NCBI GenBank assembly: GCA_964291335.2 | Contig: OZ219748.1 | Location: 683,711 to 747,710 of the forward strand | Direction of reading: 5' to 3' | Origin: Dehalococcoidia bacterium | GTDB lineage: Bacteria; Chloroflexota; Dehalococcoidia; Lucifugimonadales; UBA3495 | Length of the DNA: 64,000 nucleotides | Part shown: positions 36,166 to 43,985 of the stretch, piece after piece | Layout: the number at the start of each line of letters is the position of its first letter | How positions within the stretch are numbered: the stretch's first letter is position 1 | Position numbers and translations under genes: made by a program | Notes under the pieces: generated by a model | The model's input: the letters and a program-made list of their open reading frames with translations, nothing else | The model's database searches: none | What the model was told of the DNA's origin: nothing

Positions 36166-36670
36166 AGAGCCTCCCTTGCAGCATTTCTGGGAAATGATCC
36201 GCGGAATTGGTTATGTTCGCATCGGCAAAGAAAACGCGCAATGCCTGCCCGAAAGTAGCATAGCGATCCGTAATTTCCCGCTTCTTTTCTGGAGGCTGAA
36301 TGCTGCCGGATCCGAGCTCCCCGGCAGTAATTCGGTGGATATGTGGTCTGGCATAATGTCCGTCCAGATGCCGGCCACTCTCGCCGTGGGGGCCGTTATA
36401 GCGAACCAGCGTGATGGTTCCCAAACTGCTTTCGTTGGTTTGATACTGTAAACCAAGCGAGAAATTTTCGATGAACTCGGTATTCTGGCGGATGAAAATG
36501 GTGAAAGCAGCGGCAGTGGAATCGCACGCTGGCATGTCGTTCAGTATCAGGTTGCAGCGTCTTTGCCGCTTTTCCTCTCGGTAGCCCTGATCAGGGTTCT
36601 TTTTGACTATGATTTTGCGGCAGGTTATTAAATCGTGAATTTGCTGGTCGGTCAGCACAAGCGCTCCCAT
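36149..36670 (-). CDS. Hypothetical protein (173 aa)
   Basis: Starts 65 nt downstream of the methyltransferase stop on the same strand. No recognisable motif. Confidence 0.5.
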   Translation of the reverse strand: MGALVLTDQQIHDLITCRKIIVKKNPDQGYREEKRQRRCNLILNDMPACDSTAAAFTIFIRQNTEFIENFSLGLQYQTNESSLGTITLVRYNGPHGESGRHLDGHYARPHIHRITAGELGSGSIQPPEKKREITDRYATFGQALRVFFADANITNSADHFPEMLQGRLFDGSC

Positions 36671-36735
36671 ACGCGATCAGCTTGTAAGTCAGGTCATTTT
36701 ATCATGCCTTGCGTTGTCGCTGCCCTCCGGCCTCC

Positions 36736-39700
36736 TCACGCAGAGGGTGAGTGCCTGGCTTTGAGACTCCCGGCTTTGTTCAGCCGGGTGGTTACCAGCT
36801 CCACTACCCCTTCATATACTGCGTCCCGTTCCCCTTGGGTCAGGCCCAGGGCATCGAATACCATTGCATCTATCTGCCGCCGGGCTGGTGAGGGCTTCAG
36901 CACATCCCAGTCGGTTTCCTTGAAAAGGGCGGCGTCAAAAATCGCTAAGCGATTTTTGACGCCGCCCGGATTCGCTATATCTGGCTCAGGCAGTAACTCT
37001 GGTTTCACGATAGCAAGGTTCCCGGTTTCATAGGTTTGAATCTCCAATACGCCTTGCCCGAAATTTGACCTGCTTTCGGTGTTCAACATTAGCTGGAAAA
37101 GCGTTGAGTTAACTGCTACGCACAGCTTTACTACGGAAACCCTACCGGCAACCGGCATTACCTGAAAATTATCACTGAACAGGGATCCCGTTACTATCAG
37201 AAAAGTACGAGCGGTAGTATTGACAAACTTATTCATCCCTAGATAGACATTGCCCCGTTCCCCCAAGTCATACCAACGCTGACGAGAATTGGTGCTGGCG
37301 CGTGTATGGTAGCCCTGCGCTTCACCCTGCCGGATGTAGGCTAATGCGCCGGTTCCGGCCAGTTCCCGCTTCTCCCGGTGGCACATGAACAGGCGTTTGG
37401 GGAGGCTTTCCGGGTCAATCAGCAGGGCGCGGGATTCCTGGGGCGTGGTCATTGCCGGGCGGCAGTATTCCGGTTCGATGCTGAACTCAGCAATGCGTTC
37501 TGGCGTCAGATAAAAGAAAGCATTTGCTCCAGTCTTAATGCCAAACCGCACCGAGGCCACGTCGCCCAGCCTTGCCAGTTTGCCACTGCACCGGTTCAGG
37601 ATGTGGTGGTAAATATCCGGCGCGCGCAGGAACTTGCCACCCCACTTATCGCCGACATATTTGCCGTCGGCCCGTCCGCCGTTCAGCAAGGCGGCCCGGG
37701 TTCGGGCAATTTCCCGCCGCTGCCCGGCGTCGGCCAGGGCGGTTGCGAAGTCGGCCCGCAAGGAAACAAACCGGGTCAAATCCTGACCGTTCTGGTCGGC
37801 CCGGTCGGTTTTGCGCAGGATGCTGATGATGGTGTTGATATCGGCGGTAGCGAACTGCCGTTCAATGGCGCTTTCGTAAATGGCCTGGATATGGGCGTGG
37901 CGCAGCAGGTACTCCTGCAATTTTGCGCCGTAGCCTACGTCCAGCCAGCTGTTAGAGCAGACGAAGACGTGCATTCCGCCGTCGCGGAGCAGTTCCAGTC
38001 CGCGGGCATAGAAGTAGCAGTATAAATCGGAACGAGCGGTAACGGCGTCGTTATACTGTTTGACCAGAGTGTCTTTGTAAGCTTTGGGGGTGATTCCTTC
38101 CTGGCGCACATACGGCGGGTTGCCGATAACCACGTCAAACCCATCGGCCACCCCGAACATATACTTGGCGTCGAACCAGTCGGCGGCGCTTGCGTTCTGG
38201 TCAAAGGGGGCCCAATCGGCCAACTGGTCGGCGGAAGCGGCGGGGAAACCCACGGCTTGCAGCACGGCGGCCAGTTGCCGGCGCAGCTCGGCATCCCGGC
38301 GGCGGCAGTCCAGTTTATCGGCCCGGTTTTTGGCGTGGAAGTACCGTTCACGGTTGGCGGCCAGGTCAGCTTCCAGTCTTTGCACCTTGTCAGTTTGACC
38401 GAGCGGCATCTGGGGCGGTTTTTCCAGTTTGCGCAGCGTGTCGGCAGCCACGAACTTCGTTTCCAGGTTGGGCAGGGGCCGGATGCCGTAGTTATCCGCC
38501 GGGTCGTCATTGGGCTGCTGCTCAATGGCGAGGGAGATGAAGAAGCGCAGTTTGGCAATCTGGGCAGCGATGGGCTGGCGGTCCACGCCGTAGATGCTGT
38601 TCTGGATGAGGTACAGCTTGCGCCCGAAGTCGGATTCGCGGTACTGCTCGAAGGTGCGGCTGATTTCCGCCAGGGCGTTCTCCCGTTCTTCCGGGCGGGA
38701 AACCTGGAAGGCATCGGTGGCGCGCTGGCCGGCCAGTTCCCGCTGCAAGGCCTCCCAAAGCTGGTTGCCGTCGTCCAGCCGGCTCAGGGCCAGGGTGAGC
38801 TTGTGCAGAACTCCCATCGGGAAGGCGCCGGAGCCGACGGCCGGGTCCAGAACTTTGAGGCCGGCAATGGCTCGGACAATGGCCTCCCGTTCCGACGGGG
38901 TGAACCGGGCCCCGGCGTCGGCAAAGGCATAATCAAGCAGGCAGCGCAGCCGCTCCTGCCAATGGTCGAGGTCGCCGTCATCGGCCGACGCCTTTTGCGC
39001 CAGCGTGGCGACGAGGGCCTCATCCACCATATAGTCCACCACGGCGCGGGGCGTGTAGTAGGAGCCGGTTTCCTTGCGGGCGGTAAGCTGCGTTTCCGGG
39101 TTGACGGCGGCCAGCAGGTTCTCGAAGACCTTGCCCAGCAGTTCGGGGTCCAGGGCCACTTCCTGCTCCGTCGGCGTGTTCTCCTCCACGGTGAACTTGT
39201 AGCGGTCGAACAGGTCAATCAGACCGGGGTTGCTGGCGCCGCCGCTGAAGAAGAGGCGATTGGGGATGCTCAACCGGCTACCCTGCTGCGGGTTGTCGGT
39301 AAAGCAGTCGATGCGATAGCCGCCGTCCCTGGTGGCTTCAAAACTGTCCAGGCAATCGAACAGCCCGCCGTTGATGAAGGGCGTTTTGCGGAACAACGCC
39401 AGCAGCGCGTCCGGGTCGGCCATTTCCCGGCGGTAGCGGTAGCAGGAAAAGTCCCGATGGGTTGAGTTTTTACCGGCGCTGAACATCCTGCGGTCAATCC
39501 CGGTGTTCAGGGTGGCGAAGAAAAGGTTTTGCAGCACGGCGCGGTAGTAGGAATCGCCATTGTCCCGGTCGTAGTCTTTAAGCAGCTGCGCCACCCGGTT
39601 TTCGATGAACAGGTCTTCGGACACCAGCCGTTTCTCTTTGATGAACCAGACGAACATCAGGCGGGTGATGAGGCGGATAACGTGTTCCTCGGCCGGCTGC

Positions 39701-40470
39701 GTCCTGGCCTGGTCGGTAGGGAACCTGGCGGTTCTGACGGCATGCTCAAACCATCGGAATAGTTCGCGGTAGAAACTGCGGTTCAGTTCCTCGGTATCCA
39801 GGGCGGCCAGCCAGGCTTCCAGCAGGCCGTCGAAGTTGCGGGGTTTGCCGTGATTATCCATCCAGCACAACCGTTCCGGCAGGGACAGCTCGGCCAGGAT
39901 GTCCTGGTGGGCGCGGTGCGGGTTGACAGGATCGATTTCGCGGATGATGGACACGCTGCCCAGCACATCGCGCTCCGGGTCCCGCCGGTTGGGCCGGCGG
40001 TGGACAAAGGCGAGGGAGATACGGTTGGCGGCGGTGCGGAACAGTACGACCATCGGTATCGGGAAGCGCCGGTTCAGTTCACGGGTGAAAGCGGCGTACC
40101 GGGCTCGGGAGTAGGCGCTGCCGCGCAGCTGCACGGCGGCGAACAGGAAGCTGCGGGCGTTGCTGTCGTCAAAGCCGGCGGCATCCGGCAGCGATTGCCG
40201 GCCTCCCGCCTGAATTTCCTCGCTGGTGAACTGGAACAGAACCTGAACCGACTTCGCATTGTCCAGGAACACCTGCTCCGACTGCGTGCCGGGATTGGCG
40301 GCCGGGAAGCGCCGGGTGAAGTCGCCGGCATTCCCGGATTGACCGGGCAGCGTCCGCTCGCTCCGGTAGCCGCAAACAGCCAGCAGATTGGCAGCTGCCG
40401 CTGCCAGGTCGCGGTCAACCATTGCCGCCAGGGCATCGCAGATAGCGTTTCTGACGTTGGTAGCGCTCAT
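36736..40470 (-). CDS. Large gamma-class N6-adenine DNA methyltransferase with C-terminal specificity domain (Eco57I/PglX/Type IIG-like)
   Basis: 1244 aa. Motifs: GSYYTPRAVVDYMV, motif I LDPAVGSGAFP, motif IV VIGNPPYV, and the TaqI-like C-terminal FGIKTGANAFFYL. Its ATG overlaps the helicase stop (ATGA). Confidence 0.85.
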   Translation of the reverse strand: MSATNVRNAICDALAAMVDRDLAAAAANLLAVCGYRSERTLPGQSGNAGDFTRRFPAANPGTQSEQVFLDNAKSVQVLFQFTSEEIQAGGRQSLPDAAGFDDSNARSFLFAAVQLRGSAYSRARYAAFTRELNRRFPIPMVVLFRTAANRISLAFVHRRPNRRDPERDVLGSVSIIREIDPVNPHRAHQDILAELSLPERLCWMDNHGKPRNFDGLLEAWLAALDTEELNRSFYRELFRWFEHAVRTARFPTDQARTQPAEEHVIRLITRLMFVWFIKEKRLVSEDLFIENRVAQLLKDYDRDNGDSYYRAVLQNLFFATLNTGIDRRMFSAGKNSTHRDFSCYRYRREMADPDALLALFRKTPFINGGLFDCLDSFEATRDGGYRIDCFTDNPQQGSRLSIPNRLFFSGGASNPGLIDLFDRYKFTVEENTPTEQEVALDPELLGKVFENLLAAVNPETQLTARKETGSYYTPRAVVDYMVDEALVATLAQKASADDGDLDHWQERLRCLLDYAFADAGARFTPSEREAIVRAIAGLKVLDPAVGSGAFPMGVLHKLTLALSRLDDGNQLWEALQRELAGQRATDAFQVSRPEERENALAEISRTFEQYRESDFGRKLYLIQNSIYGVDRQPIAAQIAKLRFFISLAIEQQPNDDPADNYGIRPLPNLETKFVAADTLRKLEKPPQMPLGQTDKVQRLEADLAANRERYFHAKNRADKLDCRRRDAELRRQLAAVLQAVGFPAASADQLADWAPFDQNASAADWFDAKYMFGVADGFDVVIGNPPYVRQEGITPKAYKDTLVKQYNDAVTARSDLYCYFYARGLELLRDGGMHVFVCSNSWLDVGYGAKLQEYLLRHAHIQAIYESAIERQFATADINTIISILRKTDRADQNGQDLTRFVSLRADFATALADAGQRREIARTRAALLNGGRADGKYVGDKWGGKFLRAPDIYHHILNRCSGKLARLGDVASVRFGIKTGANAFFYLTPERIAEFSIEPEYCRPAMTTPQESRALLIDPESLPKRLFMCHREKRELAGTGALAYIRQGEAQGYHTRASTNSRQRWYDLGERGNVYLGMNKFVNTTARTFLIVTGSLFSDNFQVMPVAGRVSVVKLCVAVNSTLFQLMLNTESRSNFGQGVLEIQTYETGNLAIVKPELLPEPDIANPGGVKNRLAIFDAALFKETDWDVLKPSPARRQIDAMVFDALGLTQGERDAVYEGVVELVTTRLNKAGSLKARHSPSA

Positions 40471-43400
40471 TTCCTCTCCTTGATGACCAGCCAGGTTATC
40501 AGTTCGAAGTCAGTGTTGTCGCCGGGGGATTCGGAGGCTTTGGGCAGCACGAAGTCGCGCCCGCTGCCCAGGCCTTGCGTTTGTACGGCAAAGTGGCTCT
40601 GCCGGATGTGGGCGATGGCGTCAGTGAGCAGTTTATTATAGCGCGCCATATTACGGCCCTGGTCGGTTTCGCGGTCAAAACGGTCGCACAGTTCGGTAAT
40701 GGGGTGGCTTTCCCCGACGGCGGCCGCTTCGAACACGGTCAGCGCCTGCCGCGCGTTGGCGCAACCGTAACGGATACTGCCGTTATCGTGCAGATAGACA
40801 AAGTAGAAGGGGTGTACCGGGCTGGCGGCCTGCTGGCGTGAACCGACATCGCCGGCGTTGCGCTGGCGCAGGCAGAAGAGTACGCCGGGTTGAATGTCGG
40901 CGCCCGGCCCGTCGCCGGCGACCGCGTACACGCCGGGCGGCATGGCTTCCAGGGCGTCTTTGTTGGCCTCCAGATAGCGCAGCAGCTGGGTCAAAAAATG
41001 GTCCAAGGTGAAGTCGCCCAAGGCCGGCCCGTCGTTCAGGTCTTCGAGGTCAAGGACTTCTTCGCGCAGTCTGAGCAGCTGCTCATCGCGAAAGTTCAGT
41101 TCCAGTTGGGCGTCTTCCTCCGTGAACGGGTCTTCGTCGCCACTGGCGGCCAGGTCGGCCAGCGCCATCCGCGCCTGCACCCGGCTCTCCAGTTTCAGGT
41201 ACACGTCCATATCCGCCGTGGGCCAGTAGTTGAGCATCCGCACCGATTTGTTGCGGCTCCCGATGCGGTCAATGCGCCCGAACCGCTGGATGATTCGCAC
41301 CGGGTTCCAGTGAATGTCATAGTTGATCACCGTATCGCAGTCTTGCAGGTTCTGGCCCTCGGAAATGCAGTCGGTGGCAATCAGCAGGTCGATGTCGGCG
41401 TTGGCGCCGGCGCTGCCGCGGTTGCGGGCCACGGGAGCGAAATTGCTCAGGATGGCATTAAAGTTGTTGTCGCCGACGGCGGTGCGGGTTTCGTCCCCGG
41501 AAACCATTGCCATATTGATGTCCAGCTCTTTGGCCAGGCCGGAAAGGTTGTCGTACAGGTACAACGCCGTGTCCTTGAAGGTAGTGAACACCAGCAGCTT
41601 GCGGTTGGGGCTGCCGTCCTGGTCGATAGCAGGGTTCCGGGCCTTGTCGCGGACGGCCTGCTTGATTTCGCACAGCTTGCCGTCCCGTTCCGGGGTGATG
41701 GCAGCGACTTGCTGCCTTACCCTCTCCAGGGTAGATTTGTCCGCCTGCAAATCAGCCTGCCAGCGAGCCACGTCCAGTTCCGCCAGATGGTAGGCCTGGC
41801 GGCGCCCGCCGACGAAGAATTCTTCGTCTTCCTCATCTGCGTCGGGTCGAGTATCCGTCTCCGTTGCTTCCAGGTTAGCCAATCCGCCCGGTTCATAGCG
41901 CTCAATCTTGTCCAGCAGGCGGTCAATCTTGTCGATGGTGCGCTTCAGGGTCAGCGCCAGGGACCCGGGGGAGCTTTCCAGCCGTTTGAGGAAGTTGGTT
42001 CGCATCATCCCGACCAGAAAACGCTCGCTGTCCCGCTGGTTGAAGTTCTGCCGCTGGCGGGTTTCGGCCAGCTTTTGCAGCCGCGCCGGATCGGTTACGT
42101 ACTCGCTGGGCTGGTACACGGACAGCTTGAACTGACCGATGCGCTCGGCCGTATCCTGATAGGAGAGTTCGCCCTGCAAGTCCGTCTGCGGGTGGCGGTT
42201 CGTTGGGTTTTCCCGCCGGGGGAACTGCCCGATGCGTTCCATTTCGGCAGCGTAGAATTGCTCAATCTGCCGCCGCGAACGCGAGATTGACACGCCATCC
42301 AGCAAACGGAGGAAGTCGGCGCCCAGCCTTTCCAGCAGTTGCGCCTTGCTGCGGCGGCTCCGGTTGGCCTGTTCGGTTTCCCACTGCTTGAACACTCGTT
42401 GGGCTGCCGCCATCACGTTGCGGATGCTGCCTACGCCCAAGCTTGCGCGGAAAGCGCCTTCCCGCCCCTCGGTCATCAGGTAAATCTGGTTTCTCAGGTC
42501 AATCAGCGAGGTATTCACCGGCGTCGCCGACAGCAGCAAAACCCTGGTCCTGGCGCCAGCCCTGATTACTTCGTCCAGCAGACGCCGGTAGCGTTGTCCT
42601 CCGTCGTTGCGGAAATTGTGCGACTCGTCGATAACCACCAGGTCGTAGTTCTGCCAGTTAAAGTTCGCCAGGTTTATGCCGCCCGACGCGCCGGAGTTCC
42701 GGGACAGATCGGTGTGCGCCAGCACAGTGAAGCCGAAACGGTCTTCCGGAAACGGGTTCTGCCGGTGGCCGTAGATGGCCGGATAGAGCGACCAGTTTTC
42801 GAACAGCTTGCGCGGGCACAGCACCAGCGCCCGCTGGTTGCGCAGTTCAAAGTACCTGATTACCGCCAGAGCGGTGTAGGTTTTGCCCAAACCCACACTG
42901 TCGGCCAGGATACAGCCGTTGTGGGCTAACAGCTTGGCGATGGCGCTTTTCGCGCCGTCCTTCTGGAATTCGTAAAGTGCGTTCCAGACCTGGCTGTCCA
43001 TAAAGCCGGTCGCGGTGGCTGCCGCGTCGCCAGCCAATCGGGCATCAATGTCTTTACGGAACAGTTCATACAGTGTCCGGTAATAGATGGCCTCCGGTGC
43101 ATAGTCGCCGCCAAGGCGCTTCAGGGCGTCCAGCACCTCCTGCTTCACGTCCCTGGTGCGCCGTCCGTCGCTCCATAGTCGGTTGAACCAGTCCAGCAAT
43201 TCGGCGAGCGTATCCGCATCTTCAGTAGCCAGATTGATTTCCAGGTTGGGCTGGTCGTTGCCGCCCAGGCCGCGTTTGGTGAAGTTGGAGCTCCCGACAA
43301 CTCCGGTTGCGCTGTCCGCCGACTGGGTGAGGTACATCTTGCCGTGCAGGAAGTTAGCGCGGCTGACCGAGCGGACGGCTACGCTGTCGCGACTCACCCA

Positions 43401-43703
43401 GTCGGCGCACTGCCTGGCCAGGGCCTTCTGCTGCAGGGTATGGTTGGGCGCCAAGCCCCGCTCGGTCAGCTCGAATGACCTGGGGTCGCTGGCGCCGGGG
43501 TCAAGCTCATCTACCGACGTTGGGTCGCCGAAAAGGAAGCGGACGCTGCCAACCCGGGCCAACTCCTCCGCCAGCAGTTCGTAGCCGTAGATTGTGATGT
43601 ACGCCGAGGCCAGGCTGAAGGTATCAGCGTTGCGCAGGCTGCGACGCAGGTGGTCGGCGACGGTGGCGGCCTGGTTGTCCAGTATGCGGTTTGGTAACGG
43701 CAT
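40467..43703 (-). CDS. PLD-family (HKD) nuclease domain fused to an SNF2-type helicase
   Basis: 1078 aa. N-terminal HKD motif FLHGKMYL...VVGSSNFT. Helicase motifs ADSVGLGKTYTAL, VVIDESHNFRN and QRFGRIDRIGS. Confidence 0.85.
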   Translation of the reverse strand: MPLPNRILDNQAATVADHLRRSLRNADTFSLASAYITIYGYELLAEELARVGSVRFLFGDPTSVDELDPGASDPRSFELTERGLAPNHTLQQKALARQCADWVSRDSVAVRSVSRANFLHGKMYLTQSADSATGVVGSSNFTKRGLGGNDQPNLEINLATEDADTLAELLDWFNRLWSDGRRTRDVKQEVLDALKRLGGDYAPEAIYYRTLYELFRKDIDARLAGDAAATATGFMDSQVWNALYEFQKDGAKSAIAKLLAHNGCILADSVGLGKTYTALAVIRYFELRNQRALVLCPRKLFENWSLYPAIYGHRQNPFPEDRFGFTVLAHTDLSRNSGASGGINLANFNWQNYDLVVIDESHNFRNDGGQRYRRLLDEVIRAGARTRVLLLSATPVNTSLIDLRNQIYLMTEGREGAFRASLGVGSIRNVMAAAQRVFKQWETEQANRSRRSKAQLLERLGADFLRLLDGVSISRSRRQIEQFYAAEMERIGQFPRRENPTNRHPQTDLQGELSYQDTAERIGQFKLSVYQPSEYVTDPARLQKLAETRQRQNFNQRDSERFLVGMMRTNFLKRLESSPGSLALTLKRTIDKIDRLLDKIERYEPGGLANLEATETDTRPDADEEDEEFFVGGRRQAYHLAELDVARWQADLQADKSTLERVRQQVAAITPERDGKLCEIKQAVRDKARNPAIDQDGSPNRKLLVFTTFKDTALYLYDNLSGLAKELDINMAMVSGDETRTAVGDNNFNAILSNFAPVARNRGSAGANADIDLLIATDCISEGQNLQDCDTVINYDIHWNPVRIIQRFGRIDRIGSRNKSVRMLNYWPTADMDVYLKLESRVQARMALADLAASGDEDPFTEEDAQLELNFRDEQLLRLREEVLDLEDLNDGPALGDFTLDHFLTQLLRYLEANKDALEAMPPGVYAVAGDGPGADIQPGVLFCLRQRNAGDVGSRQQAASPVHPFYFVYLHDNGSIRYGCANARQALTVFEAAAVGESHPITELCDRFDRETDQGRNMARYNKLLTDAIAHIRQSHFAVQTQGLGSGRDFVLPKASESPGDNTDFELITWLVIKERK

Positions 43704-43985
43704 CTTTTTCTCCCGTTAGACTATCTGGCGTTACACAACTGCTTGCCTGGCGTCTTCGTTGTGCGCCATACAGGGCTGCCGCGGGCCGGCGCTACAAGGT
43801 TTCCGGGGCTTGCGATATACGTCGGGGATAGGTATCAGCTGGGGTTATGGGGCGACAGGATGTTCAGTGCCTTGCCTATATACCACGACGGGGCTGTTCC
43901 GGTTCCGTGTTCCCCATAGCCCAGGTTTTTAAGATATATACCCGGATTTCCGTAGTTATTTCCCGTGAGGTTTGGGGAGCGCTGA

